From Spirochaetia bacterium (lineage in GTDB: Bacteria > Spirochaetota > Spirochaetia > SP-2023): a stretch of DNA of 64,000 nt. The position numbers and the translations under genes are program-made. Location: the NCBI GenBank assembly GCA_965263295.1, contig OZ253665.1, forward strand, positions 1,312,001 to 1,376,000. Reading direction: 5' to 3'. Positions 19,840 through 30,491 of the stretch are shown piece after piece (the stretch's first letter is position 1; each line of letters begins with the position of its first letter). The notes beneath the pieces were generated by a model. That model saw nothing but the letters and a program-made list of their open reading frames with translations, had not been told where the DNA came from and ran no database searches.

Positions 19840-20940
19840 TCACTGGTTCGTTACTGGTTCATTACTGGTCCTCACCGGTTCCTCTCCAGTCCAATGGTTA
19901 GGCCACGTGACGGTACCTTGAGTATTTATGTAGAGAAACTTGTCGCCCTGGCTGGCAGCCGCCAATCCCCCATAAAAATCGTGCGTATAACGAAAGATTA
20001 GAGGAGATAGCCAGCGGCCATCCCGATCAATGTAGCGAAAACCTTTATCCGTGCGCACCCAGGCAAAACCTTCATGAAAGTTACCGCCGGTCAAATATTG
20101 GCCAGAAATACAAACGTTACCACGGGTGTCAATATAGCCATAACGATTTTTATTTCGCATAAATACAGCGGCAAAGCCATACGAAAAATCCCCTGCATTC
20201 GGATATAGAGGTGCAATAATCCAGCTGCCATTGCTGTCGACAAAGCCATAGAGCTCAGTCTTATCATCTAAGGCCCGAGCCAAACCCGATACCGGATCGG
20301 CCGTAGCCAAAAACAGATAGCTGGGCGGCGTTGTTATTTCGCCTTGCTTATTGATAATACCAAATCGCCCAGAACGGACAAAATAGGCAAAGCCGGCCCG
20401 CATTGGCCCCGCAGCACTGACATTATCCAGGGTGAAAACTTCAGCGCCTTTTTTATCAATATAAATGACCCGATTTTCAGCGCTATACAAAACAGCAGCA
20501 AGCCCTTCAGAAAAGCGCCCCGCCTGAGCATACTGCGGGGGGATGACCCAACGTAACTGCCTGTCAACATAGCCCACCTTCTGGGCTACAACAACTCGCG
20601 CCATACCATCCGAAAACAGATCGAGCTTTTCTATCGGGCCGTAGTCGTCCGGAGCTTCCAATTCCTTGCCATCTAGATCGAGGTAAACCAAACTTCCATC
20701 ACGACACTGCACCGGGGCGAAACCCTCAGAATAGCGCTGCACATTCGGATATTTTGGAGGGACAAGCAAATCACCTTCACGATTGATAAACCCATAAGAA
20801 GAGTCTATTTTTACTGGATAGAGGGATTTATTACTGCTACATGCCTGTAATAACAATATCGTAGACAGACCGAGGCAGACACTTGCAATATATAAAGAAG
20901 TATTTTTGGGCAAAAAATTCCCAAACCAATTCATAAGCAT
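19840..20940 (-). CDS. WG (KWG Leptospira) repeat lipoprotein
   Basis: Repeated (Y/F)G(F/Y)I(N/D)..G..II.P.Y...F.EG.A.V units; LQAC lipobox; start moved to 20940 to avoid overlap with purB. Confidence 0.88.
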   Translation of the reverse strand: MLMNWFGNFLPKNTSLYIASVCLGLSTILLLQACSSNKSLYPVKIDSSYGFINREGDLLVPPKYPNVQRYSEGFAPVQCRDGSLVYLDLDGKELEAPDDYGPIEKLDLFSDGMARVVVAQKVGYVDRQLRWVIPPQYAQAGRFSEGLAAVLYSAENRVIYIDKKGAEVFTLDNVSAAGPMRAGFAYFVRSGRFGIINKQGEITTPPSYLFLATADPVSGLARALDDKTELYGFVDSNGSWIIAPLYPNAGDFSYGFAAVFMRNKNRYGYIDTRGNVCISGQYLTGGNFHEGFAWVRTDKGFRYIDRDGRWLSPLIFRYTHDFYGGLAAASQGDKFLYINTQGTVTWPNHWTGEEPVRTSNEPVTNQ

Positions 20941-20954
20941 ACCAAACAAAACTT

Positions 20955-22361
20955 TTACAGCCCCAAGTCTCGTAGTTGCTTGCGATATTGGCGACAAAGT
21001 TTGAGGCAATGCTGCTCACAACGTCCAAGATACTGTTCTGGACTCGCAAGAAAGCTCTCATCATACCCCACCCTAGCTAACTGCTCGCGCAAAACTTTCT
21101 GCAACTCCGGCTCTTCTTTTAGTAGCTCAGGCAAAGACTTTGAACTCTGCTCGCGTTTTAACGTCAAACGGCGCACTACTTCATGAGCATCACTCACGCC
21201 ACCCAATGATAGCAAAATGTACAACGGCTCGGCCAAAACCATGTCACCCAAGCGCTCCAAGTTGAGCTTCAGCTGTCTGTGCGACACAGCCAATTGGGCA
21301 ATTATACTATGCATACGCTCTGTCGCCAAACTAAAACCGGCGACAAAATCCACCACAAAGCGTGCTGAAGCTGAATTGGACAAGTCGCGTTGATGCTCGG
21401 AAATCTGATCCATATAAAAAGACATGACTCTCGGAGAAAAGGCCTTCCACAGACTTTTAACGTGTTCACAGTTCCAAGGGTTGCGCTTCTGGGGCATGGT
21501 TGACGAACCCACCTGAGTCGGCGAAAAATACTCGCGCACTTCGCCAATTTCAGAGCGTTGCAAGTGACGCAAATCGTCAGCTAGATTGGCGATAATACCA
21601 AAGGCCGTATTCAATTCCAAAAGCAGACGCAGCTGATATTCGGGCATAACAATCTGAGTTGAGTATTCAGAAGGCTTAAGACCCAGCAGTTCCAGGTACT
21701 GGCGCTCCATATCCTGCGGCTCATTGCTGATTAAAGACAACGCATTATAACCGCCCACAGCCCCGGCCAGCTTGCCGCGCAGATCGGCACTTAGTTCGCG
21801 CAGTTTCCCCATGCTCTGACCGAGGCGCGAGACATAAGAGGCCATGGCAAAGCCAAAGGTCACGGGCACGGCAAATTGCCCATGCGTGCGTCCCACCTGT
21901 GGGGTGGCGGCCTCGCGTTCCGACAATTCCAGCAGCCCCTTCTGTAACTTGGCCAGCTGAGGCAGAATTACCTGTTGCATAACATCTCGCAAGCGCATGG
22001 CATTGGAAGTATCGACAATATCCATAGAAGTGGCACCCAAGTGCACATAACGACGATAGGCCTGCGGTACCTTTCGCACCATGACATTCACCAGGGCACG
22101 CACATTATGGCAGGTTTTTTCCTCCTCGCGATATACCTCCTCAGGGTCGATTTCAACGCGGGACAATTCTTGCTCAATACAATTTAGATCTTTTCCCCGC
22201 ATCAACAGATGAGTTTTCAGCAAGGCCAGTTCGGCCTTAATTTGATAGCTTACAGCTGCTCTTTCGTCCAAGTACCGCCCCAGTTGCGCGTACAAGTCTG
22301 GGTAAGTATTCCGATAACGATGATCTATTGGCGAGAGGTTGGAAAACATATCAATATCCAT
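20955..22361 (-). CDS. purB: Adenylosuccinate lyase
   Basis: SPIDHRY, HLGATSMDI, GRTHGQFA, GSSTMPQKRNP fumarase-superfamily signature, HQRDLSNSA. Confidence 0.92.
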   Translation of the reverse strand: MDIDMFSNLSPIDHRYRNTYPDLYAQLGRYLDERAAVSYQIKAELALLKTHLLMRGKDLNCIEQELSRVEIDPEEVYREEEKTCHNVRALVNVMVRKVPQAYRRYVHLGATSMDIVDTSNAMRLRDVMQQVILPQLAKLQKGLLELSEREAATPQVGRTHGQFAVPVTFGFAMASYVSRLGQSMGKLRELSADLRGKLAGAVGGYNALSLISNEPQDMERQYLELLGLKPSEYSTQIVMPEYQLRLLLELNTAFGIIANLADDLRHLQRSEIGEVREYFSPTQVGSSTMPQKRNPWNCEHVKSLWKAFSPRVMSFYMDQISEHQRDLSNSASARFVVDFVAGFSLATERMHSIIAQLAVSHRQLKLNLERLGDMVLAEPLYILLSLGGVSDAHEVVRRLTLKREQSSKSLPELLKEEPELQKVLREQLARVGYDESFLASPEQYLGRCEQHCLKLCRQYRKQLRDLGL

Positions 22362-22597
22362 ACAATGGTCAAACTTCCTTTGCACTTTAGTGCCCTGTTT
22401 TGCAAAATATGCGTTGAGTGCTTACGCTATTCTGAAAGCTTTAATATAGTGACTTGATAGACGGCCCTCAATGCTTTCGCTCAGTTGGGCCCAGATACCT
22501 AAGACTTCGCGGCAGATTTGACGTCTGCAAAATGCAGAAATTTACTTGAAAATCGTATATCTAAGAAAATATGTAGTTTCTCTGCCTATTTAAATGT

Positions 22598-23533
22598 ATG
22601 CTTGAACAAGTAAAAGCTTTATATCAAGAACTGCAGCCCACATTTGATCGCACGCCAGACAGGACCTCCCTCAGAGATACTCAGCTTGGCCGAACCAGGC
22701 TAGATAATAATAATAATAATATTAAGAGCCAAGGTAAACAAAATGCCCCAGGCATTACCAATGAAACAGATGAAGATTCAAGCTGTATGATTGAAAGGCC
22801 GCGCGAATGGCTTGAGCAAAAGGAAGTTGATTTTTTATACGATGAGTTACTACAACAATTAACGACTCGGGAAATTAGAGATTCACGCCAGAACGATAAT
22901 CTGTTGCCGCGCGAGAAACTGGAAGTCAGTGGTGCCGCTAGCTTAAACAACATTGAACTGCTCTGCCTTCTTTTGGGCAGCGGCAGCAAGCACATACCTG
23001 TACAAAAGCTTGCAAACCGAATATTGCCGCTCTTGTTGCAGCAAACATTTTCCTTGGAGCTAAAGACTCTGCTGGAGATCAAAGGTATGGGGCTAGGCAA
23101 AAGCACAGCCATTTTGGCCGCAATGGAATTGGCCCGACGCGTCTTGAACCCCAGCGGCCAAAAACTTAAAAACCCTGAAGCTATCCACAAACAAATTGCC
23201 CACTTTGCAGACCAGCAGGAGAACCTGATTGCGATCAACCTGAACGGAGCCTGTGAAGCCATTTCGATTCGGCTAGTTACTCGCGGCACGATTAACCACA
23301 GCCTGATACATCCGCGCGAAGTTTTCACCTATGCCATACGCGAACAAGCTCACAGCATCATCATAGCCCACAACCACCCCACTGGGTATCTACAACCCAG
23401 CGCAGAAGACATTTCCAGTACGCGGCGACTAGAGGAGGCAGCCCGCATTTTGGGCGTAAAACTACTAGATCATATTATTTTCTCTCAAAGCAATTATCTC
23501 TCATTTTCGGAACAGGGCCTAATGCAACACTAA
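22598..23533 (+). CDS. radC: RadC/JAB domain protein
   Basis: PREKL..GAASL...ELL.LLLGSG, IKGMGLGK, IHPREVF, AHNHPTG...SAED, LLDHII; long N-terminal extension, start uncertain. Confidence 0.9.
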   Translation: MLEQVKALYQELQPTFDRTPDRTSLRDTQLGRTRLDNNNNNIKSQGKQNAPGITNETDEDSSCMIERPREWLEQKEVDFLYDELLQQLTTREIRDSRQNDNLLPREKLEVSGAASLNNIELLCLLLGSGSKHIPVQKLANRILPLLLQQTFSLELKTLLEIKGMGLGKSTAILAAMELARRVLNPSGQKLKNPEAIHKQIAHFADQQENLIAINLNGACEAISIRLVTRGTINHSLIHPREVFTYAIREQAHSIIIAHNHPTGYLQPSAEDISSTRRLEEAARILGVKLLDHIIFSQSNYLSFSEQGLMQH

Positions 23534-23557
23534 AATACCTCTAAATATGAATATTTG

Positions 23558-24883
23558 TTAAGGGAGATTGTCATAGTTTTCAATATGCAGATAATTGTAA
23601 TGAATAAAGATAGCTTGATTATGTTTGCCCAAAGTTTCTCTCAAGCGGGCAACATTGTAACGCGCTAGACCAATACCCAGTTTTTCCTGGCTTTCAGAAT
23701 AAATATCAATCAGGTCACCCTTTGAGAACTCACCGTCACAGGAGACAATGCCTACAGGCAATATGCTGACAACGTGCTGTTTACCGCGCAATTTTCTGGC
23801 CAGACCATCGTTGACGACAATACGGCCCTGTCCCGCAGCTAAGTCTCTTATAAACAACCACTTGCGTACACCACGTAGATTATTTTTAGCCTTATTTTGA
23901 ACTTTATTTCCCGCCTGCTCACGCATTTTGGGCAAGCTCCCCGGCCAATAGCTGGAAGACGGCAATACCAATGTGCCGAGCTCTGGTCTACGCTGCCAAG
24001 TTTCACCCCATTTGTCAAATATGGCCTTTGGCTCAATCTCCGTCTTTTCAATGATAGATTTTGCCGAATGGCAGACTCGCCCCAATATATTAAAGCCGGC
24101 CAATTCAGATACTACCTGTAAAATAATCTCCGACTGGCGCGCTGAGGCAATGCAAGTCGGCACACCAGCCCGGCTCATTTTACGTGCTGTCTCTAGCTTA
24201 CTGGCAATCCCGCCGCGCCCGCTGCTATTCTTACCTTCTAGCCGGGGCCAAACCGCAGCTTGTCGTGGGACTGCCGCTGCTCCCCCTACTGCCACTGGCC
24301 CAAGCAAAGGGTAGAGCCTTGCCCCTGGCTCGCGTGGGTCGCGGTCATAAACACCAGAAGCTTCTGTTAGTAACAATAGCAGATCAGCACCTAGCTGTTG
24401 AGCCAAGGCTCCGGCTAACTGATCGTTATCCGTAAACATCAGTTCATCAATTGAGACACTGTCATTCTCGTTAATAATTGGCAACAACTCTGGATAACCT
24501 TGTAAACTAAGCAACAAACGCTCCAAGTTAAGGTAATGACTGCGACTGATGAAATCATTTTTAGTCAACAACAATTGAACAACATGCAAGCCCTGTTCAG
24601 CGGCTAATTGACGATAGATTTGCATTAGCTCGACTTGCCCTATACCCGCTAAAATCTGCCGGGCAGCTGTATTATTGAGTTGCCTGTGCTCGTGCCAGAT
24701 GCTACGACCTGCGGCAACTGCCCCTGAACTAATTAGATAGACAACATGACCCCGCTCTTTAAGTTGAAATATTTGAGACAACAATTGAGCCAGAAATTTG
24801 CAATCTAGATGACTTTCCAAAACATCAGGGTTCGGCGGCTGCTGCAGTAATGACTGGCTGCCAATTTTCACCACAATTATCAT
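23558..24883 (-). CDS. proB: Glutamate 5-kinase with PUA domain
   Basis: VVKIGSQSL, SSGAVAAG, PIINENDSV, DNDQLA, GRGGIASKL, C-terminal PUA (PVGIV..GEF.KGDLI). Confidence 0.93.
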   Translation of the reverse strand: MIIVVKIGSQSLLQQPPNPDVLESHLDCKFLAQLLSQIFQLKERGHVVYLISSGAVAAGRSIWHEHRQLNNTAARQILAGIGQVELMQIYRQLAAEQGLHVVQLLLTKNDFISRSHYLNLERLLLSLQGYPELLPIINENDSVSIDELMFTDNDQLAGALAQQLGADLLLLLTEASGVYDRDPREPGARLYPLLGPVAVGGAAAVPRQAAVWPRLEGKNSSGRGGIASKLETARKMSRAGVPTCIASARQSEIILQVVSELAGFNILGRVCHSAKSIIEKTEIEPKAIFDKWGETWQRRPELGTLVLPSSSYWPGSLPKMREQAGNKVQNKAKNNLRGVRKWLFIRDLAAGQGRIVVNDGLARKLRGKQHVVSILPVGIVSCDGEFSKGDLIDIYSESQEKLGIGLARYNVARLRETLGKHNQAIFIHYNYLHIENYDNLP

Positions 24884-24906
24884 CTGCTTTGATCAATCTC
24901 TTTTGA

Positions 24907-25797
24907 CTATTCAGCATGGCATAATTCGCCGTTACGCTGGATCCCCCGATCAATAGCCTGGGCCAACGCAGCCTGCAGTTGAGGCTCTAGCACCGACAAA
25001 GCCGCTTCGGTCACACCAGCTTTACTGGTCACGGCCTGTCTCAGACGGGCAGCCAAATTGCAGGAATCATCTGTTACCGCACTCATAGCTGGTTCTTTCA
25101 ACTTCGTATCCGCCAGATAGGCCGCCGCCCCCAAAAAGGTCGCTTCGGCCAAACTCGCCGCTTCATGCGGAGTAAAACCCCGTTTTTGTAGTTCAAGCTG
25201 TAACAATTCCGTTATCAAGTAAAAGTAGGCTGGGCCAGAGCCGGTAACTGGTGTCGCATTGTCCAACTGTGCTTCATTTTTACACCAGACAGCCTTACCG
25301 ATACGATGAACTAGCGTATTAATAATTTCTTTTTCCGCAGCACTGAGCTGCAGCCCCTCATCCGCATATAAAAGGTTGGCCCCCTGTCCCACTTGAGCCC
25401 CCAGATTCGGCATCAATCGTATAACGCGCAGATCCTGTTGATACGCTTTGTACCAAGAGAGCGGCAACCCAGCCGCCATCGTCAACCACAGACTGCCATG
25501 GCCAAACTGTAGGCAAGCCTTCAGTTGTTTTCGTATAACCTGTGGTTTCATACCCAGAATAATCAGAGTGAAGCGCAGAGACCTTTCATCAACAGATCGC
25601 TGCAGTTCAGGCAAGCTAGAAACCAGACGTATGTGGGGAGCGGCCTGAGTGTAATCTGAATGGGTTAGCAGTTTATGCCGCTGCCCTTCAGAGATGCGCA
25701 AAATCCAGACTTCCTTCCAACTATTACCTATCAGCGAAAGGCAAGCTTGCAGCATTGCTCCCGCCATGTGACCACAACCTAAAAATAGAAGATTCAT
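24907..25797 (-). CDS. proC: Pyrroline-5-carboxylate reductase
   Basis: FLGCGHMAGA, LGMKPQ, RLMPN, TGSGPAYF, LRQAVTSKAGVTEAAL. Confidence 0.93.
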   Translation of the reverse strand: MNLLFLGCGHMAGAMLQACLSLIGNSWKEVWILRISEGQRHKLLTHSDYTQAAPHIRLVSSLPELQRSVDERSLRFTLIILGMKPQVIRKQLKACLQFGHGSLWLTMAAGLPLSWYKAYQQDLRVIRLMPNLGAQVGQGANLLYADEGLQLSAAEKEIINTLVHRIGKAVWCKNEAQLDNATPVTGSGPAYFYLITELLQLELQKRGFTPHEAASLAEATFLGAAAYLADTKLKEPAMSAVTDDSCNLAARLRQAVTSKAGVTEAALSVLEPQLQAALAQAIDRGIQRNGELCHAE

Positions 25798-25815
25798 CAA
25801 TCGTTTAACTTCCCG

Positions 25816-27699
25816 TTAAAAGTTACTAGCTTCAAGGATCAGCCCATCGTCATATTCAGCAAAGCGCTTTTCTGCCAAAAAGCGTCTGATCTTATGCGTC
25901 GTCGTCATATCCAATGGCAGCAACACGAAACGGACTCGATCTATCTTCTGATATGGCAAAAGTCTATTGTTAATACTTTTAATCTCAGACAACATTCTTT
26001 GCTTTAAATTTTCGTCGATAACTTCGCAAAACTTCTCAACCCCAAATCGAAGAAACTTTTCTGGATCGGCTTGTATCTGCTCTAACCAAGATTGCTCTAA
26101 CTCAGGGTAGACCACTAGTTCAAGTTTCTCGGTATCATCTGCATTATAGCCATGAACCATAACCTGTTCAAAGTGACTGCAAAACTGAAATAATTCTTCA
26201 ATTTCTTCTGGATAAATATTTTTTCCACCTGAAGTGACAATTACATTTTTACAACGGCCGGTAAGATAAAAAAAACCTTCGGCATCAAAATAGCCGATAT
26301 CACCTGTACGCAAGTAACCGTCTGGCGTAAAAACTTCGGCAGTAGCTTCTGCATTTTTATAATAACCTAACATTTTGTTCGGGCCATCAATGCACAGTTC
26401 CCCGACCGGATAACCTTCCTCTGTATTTGCAACTTGGCTCAATTCCGCCGGCATTTCCAGTCGCCCCTCAATCAGAGGCAACAATTTACCCACAGAGCGG
26501 AGCTCTGATGTTCCCGCAGGATTCAGGGTGACTATAGGGGACGCCTCAGTCAGACCGTAACCCTGTATAAAGTTTAGGCCCAACTGACGGTATTTCTCTC
26601 CCACCTCTGTCATCAATGCCCCAGCACCACAGATCAATATGCGAATATGATCAAAACCTATCGCCTTTAACACTCTTGCAAAGAATTTAGAGCCTATAGA
26701 CCATCCCATATAGTCTGCCACACCAGAGATTTTCAGCATCAAATAAAACCAGGTGCGCTTCACAAAATTCTGTGAACGCACCCGGCGTAAAATACCATTT
26801 AAAATCTTTTTGAACAACAGTGGTATACCCATGAATACTGTCACCTGGCCATCTTTCAAATCCTGCAAAATTTGCTGGACGGCCATACCACGGGGAAAAA
26901 TAACTTCACTGCCATGACTAAGACCTCCCAGAAATACGGCTGTCATGGGGTATGAATGATGCATCGGCAACAATAAATATATCCGATCACTGCTTAGAAT
27001 TTCTTGTAACCCGGGATACACACATTGAATTACATTGCTGGTTAAATTCGCATGGCTGAGCATAGCAATCTTCTCGTCACCTGTCGTACCCGATGTCGTC
27101 AATAGGGCCGCCAGATCATCACAATGTATCTGAACGATTGATCGCAGGTCGCCACTTACTTTGTATCTGTACGGCCTTAACAAATCCCAGAGGTTTTCCC
27201 AACTCTTACCCTGTGTATTTATTTTTCCTTGCAGCAAATACTTGCGATACATACTAGCACTGGATTCAAGCGCCCCCAGTCTCTGCAGTAGATCACCGTC
27301 CATAAAGACCAGTTTTGTCTTTGTAAATTCTATGATATGCTTGTGAAACTCTGCGCTGCTTCTGGCATCCAAGGGCACGACAACACATCCAGCACAAAGA
27401 GCGGCCAAATAAGTAATTCCCCACTCCGGACTATTTTTGCCAGAAATAACAATCCTATCGCCAGCTCCTAAACCTAAATCTTTTAGGGTAAGAGCCAAGG
27501 CCTCTACATATTCAGCGAGCTGCTTATAGCTTATACTGCTACGTTGATTCACCACAAAATTGGTAAAAGCATTGTTCTCCCCATATCGCTCCACGGTATA
27601 TTGGAGAACTTCTGGGATTGTAGGCCATACATTGGCAAAATTCTTGCCACGTAGACTCTGAATTTCAAAGTACTGCCAATTAGGATTGTCCCAATTCAT
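25816..27699 (-). CDS. Long-chain fatty acid--CoA ligase (AMP-binding)
   Basis: TTSGTTGDEK, LLPMHHSY, QGYGLTEASP, YLRTGDIG, GRCKNVIVTSGGKNIYPEEIE. Confidence 0.9.
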   Translation of the reverse strand: MNWDNPNWQYFEIQSLRGKNFANVWPTIPEVLQYTVERYGENNAFTNFVVNQRSSISYKQLAEYVEALALTLKDLGLGAGDRIVISGKNSPEWGITYLAALCAGCVVVPLDARSSAEFHKHIIEFTKTKLVFMDGDLLQRLGALESSASMYRKYLLQGKINTQGKSWENLWDLLRPYRYKVSGDLRSIVQIHCDDLAALLTTSGTTGDEKIAMLSHANLTSNVIQCVYPGLQEILSSDRIYLLLPMHHSYPMTAVFLGGLSHGSEVIFPRGMAVQQILQDLKDGQVTVFMGIPLLFKKILNGILRRVRSQNFVKRTWFYLMLKISGVADYMGWSIGSKFFARVLKAIGFDHIRILICGAGALMTEVGEKYRQLGLNFIQGYGLTEASPIVTLNPAGTSELRSVGKLLPLIEGRLEMPAELSQVANTEEGYPVGELCIDGPNKMLGYYKNAEATAEVFTPDGYLRTGDIGYFDAEGFFYLTGRCKNVIVTSGGKNIYPEEIEELFQFCSHFEQVMVHGYNADDTEKLELVVYPELEQSWLEQIQADPEKFLRFGVEKFCEVIDENLKQRMLSEIKSINNRLLPYQKIDRVRFVLLPLDMTTTHKIRRFLAEKRFAEYDDGLILEASNF

Positions 27700-27742
27700 G
27701 ATAACCTTCCGTTACACAATATTTAACTAATATTAAATACGG

Positions 27743-28336
27743 TCATTCTGCCAGTAATTTCTCCAGCGCAGCTACTACATTATCGTTCCGCCAGTCAATA
27801 CTGCCAACAGCCAATGCAACAATATAACCACTTTTATTGACAATCAGTGTCGCCGGCAGACCTTGAACACCATACTGATAAGTATTCAAGCCATTTGGGT
27901 CTAATAAAACTGGGAATGTATACTTATATTTTTCAATATAGTTTCCAACTGTTGCACGATCTTCTCCCGAATTGACGGCCAACCAAACTAGCCCTTGACT
28001 CTTCAGTTTCTGATGTAACGATTCAATAGAAGGCATCTCAGCGCGACATGGCGCACACCATGTCGCCCAAAAATTAATGACTACAACTTTATTGCGAAAA
28101 TCGGATAAAGTAAGTTCACGACGATCCTGCAAGCTTTCCAGCTCAAAGTCTAAAGCCTTGACCCTCTTATCGACAGGCAAGACGTGAATCCCCGCCGAAC
28201 TCAAACTGCTGAGATCAAGATTATCTGACCTCTCGTTACCATAGAGTTGCGCCATTCCTTCAAGGCACTCAAATATGAGAATACCTAAAAGCAATAAATG
28301 TAGCATCCGACTCTGTTTCAATATAATGGCAAGCAT
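27743..28336 (-). CDS. TlpA/ResA family thiol-disulfide oxidoreductase
   Basis: INFWATWCAPCRAEMP, YGVQGLPAT, N-terminal anchor. Confidence 0.92.
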   Translation of the reverse strand: MLAIILKQSRMLHLLLLGILIFECLEGMAQLYGNERSDNLDLSSLSSAGIHVLPVDKRVKALDFELESLQDRRELTLSDFRNKVVVINFWATWCAPCRAEMPSIESLHQKLKSQGLVWLAVNSGEDRATVGNYIEKYKYTFPVLLDPNGLNTYQYGVQGLPATLIVNKSGYIVALAVGSIDWRNDNVVAALEKLLAE

Positions 28337-28460
28337 ATCCTACCTCTTTGTATTTAAGATATAATATCAGGAAAAGCGATTTTTTACATTTATCCCTATA
28401 ACTAAAAATCTCGCCATTTTGCTTGTTAAATAATAGGCAAAAATAGTATCGACCTGCTTT

Positions 28461-30407
28461 TTATGGGAATAGACTGAGCAAGCCAGTCGATAACCAAGGG
28501 ACATAAGTCACAAGCAAAACAAAAACTAGAGAAATAAGAAAAAACGGAACTACATATTTATAAACTTTTAGCAGGGGAATTTGAAAACGATAGGAGGCCA
28601 AAAATAGAGAAAGCCCTATCGGTGGAGTAATATATCCTAATTCTAGATTCGATAGAAAAATGATACCTAGTTGCTCGGCGGGGACTGAGAAAGACTCGCT
28701 TAAAGAACTGATTAAGGGGGCGACAATGTAAATGGCTGAAAAGATATCCAGAAAACAGCCAGTGAATAGCAGAACAATATTGATTAAAAGCAAGAAGCCA
28801 AGTGAACTTTCGACATGATTGGCAATATAGTTCTGCAAAAAACCATGAAAATTGAAGAACACAAAATGATCTGAATATGAGCGTGCAAAACCAATAACTA
28901 TTAAAATACCGCCCATAGTTGCCACTGAATTCAGAGCAATTGGCAACAGACGTTTAATGCTGAAGTCGCGGTGAATCAGCAAATTTAAGACCATTGCATA
29001 GCATACAGTAAGAGCACTAATCTCCCTAGCTGTCACTTTGAAATAGAAATAAGCTAGAAAAATAAACAAAGGTAAAAGTAGCTCGCCGGCCGCCATCCAT
29101 GATTTATGCAGCAAAGACTTTAGACTGGGATTCAGAATTACCGGCTTAGTCGATTTCTTACGTGCTTGTACGATAACCAACACACAAAGAACAACAGTCA
29201 TAATAATACCCGGCAAGAACCCGGCTAAAAACAGATTTCTGATACTGACCCCAACTTTTGTGCCATAGATAATAATAGGTAAACTGGGAGGAAACAAAAG
29301 GCCTATGCTGCTACAGGTCGTCAAAAGACCTATGCTAAAACTGCTACTGTAGCCGGCCTTCTTCATTATATTGTACAATAGGCCACCAAGGGCCAGGATG
29401 GTCACTCCGGAAGCGCCGGTAACAACAGTAAAAAATGTACTGGTAATAATAACAACAATACCTATTCCACCGGGCAAATTACGATATAGATGTTGAAAAA
29501 AGTCAACTAGGCGGTTGCTTGATTTACCTTCGGAAAGGATAAAGCCTGCCAAGGCAAATAACGGCAAAGAATTTAAATTCCCTTCTCCCGTAAACAAGGT
29601 GTAAAATGCATTGGGTATCAACTCAACTTGACTAAAATTAAGATTAAACAGGACATAGCTAACCCCCGCCAAAGTCAGAAAAATTGGGAAGCCCAATAAA
29701 AACAAGAGCAATGTAAAGCCAATAAGCCAGGGGCCAATCTTAGCAAACAGTAAAAATTGCTTTTCCTCCAAGGCAAAAAGCTTCTCTTGCTCTGCAAATG
29801 GCAGGTCGAAATCATTTATATAGTAATGAAGGATTGAAACTCGCGAGAGCTGCCAAGCAAGGGCGATACCAGCTAAAACCAGGACAACTTGCAGACATAA
29901 TCCCAGCAATGCTTGCTCGGAGATATCCAGCGGGTTACTTAGCATTAAACGCAAGATGAACAAGCCTATGGTTACTGGAAACACATATAAAACTGGGCGG
30001 AGCGCAACTCTTCCCACCAATTCATTGGGGTCAAAGCTCTGCAAAAAAACCCAAGAGGCAATTCCTAGCATTAGTAAAATCATTGTGGCCCAGAGCAACT
30101 TGACAGCGCTCAGTATCTGCTGCAAGCGAAGTGGCAAGTGGATATTAATTATCGAGAGTCCCAGGTGCATGTGTTGGCGCTGTGCATATAGACCCGCGCT
30201 CAAGGCTAATACAAATAACAAGTGGCCAGAATAAAACTCAGAACCGTAGAGCCCAGGCATGTGGAAAAAATTACGTAAAATGATTTCCAATAGAGGCAAG
30301 ATCAATAACGACGAAATTACGACTATATTGCCTAAATCTTCCAAGCGTCGAAGCCATTTGAACACCGGGACAGTCCAGCTTACGGCACTTAAATTTCCGA
30401 CAGGCAT
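28461..30407 (-). CDS. TRAP transporter permease, fused small (DctQ) and large (DctM) subunits
   Basis: Polytopic; SLPLFALAGFIL, TGASGVTILALGG, IGLLFPPSLPIIIYG, NLELGYITPPIGLSLF. Confidence 0.9.
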   Translation of the reverse strand: MPVGNLSAVSWTVPVFKWLRRLEDLGNIVVISSLLILPLLEIILRNFFHMPGLYGSEFYSGHLLFVLALSAGLYAQRQHMHLGLSIINIHLPLRLQQILSAVKLLWATMILLMLGIASWVFLQSFDPNELVGRVALRPVLYVFPVTIGLFILRLMLSNPLDISEQALLGLCLQVVLVLAGIALAWQLSRVSILHYYINDFDLPFAEQEKLFALEEKQFLLFAKIGPWLIGFTLLLFLLGFPIFLTLAGVSYVLFNLNFSQVELIPNAFYTLFTGEGNLNSLPLFALAGFILSEGKSSNRLVDFFQHLYRNLPGGIGIVVIITSTFFTVVTGASGVTILALGGLLYNIMKKAGYSSSFSIGLLTTCSSIGLLFPPSLPIIIYGTKVGVSIRNLFLAGFLPGIIMTVVLCVLVIVQARKKSTKPVILNPSLKSLLHKSWMAAGELLLPLFIFLAYFYFKVTAREISALTVCYAMVLNLLIHRDFSIKRLLPIALNSVATMGGILIVIGFARSYSDHFVFFNFHGFLQNYIANHVESSLGFLLLINIVLLFTGCFLDIFSAIYIVAPLISSLSESFSVPAEQLGIIFLSNLELGYITPPIGLSLFLASYRFQIPLLKVYKYVVPFFLISLVFVLLVTYVPWLSTGLLSLFP

Positions 30408-30491
30408 ACGCTGTCCTCCTTTCTTTGTAACGCTGATTCTGCGCGTTGTAATAACAGCCTTTTAGTCGCCAAATGAAAAATAGAGAAAAGG

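Noticed and set aside
20941..21009. Overlap of the WG-repeat ORF with the purB 3' end
   Set aside because: A downstream ATG (20940/20934) gives a normal lipoprotein signal peptide with no overlap
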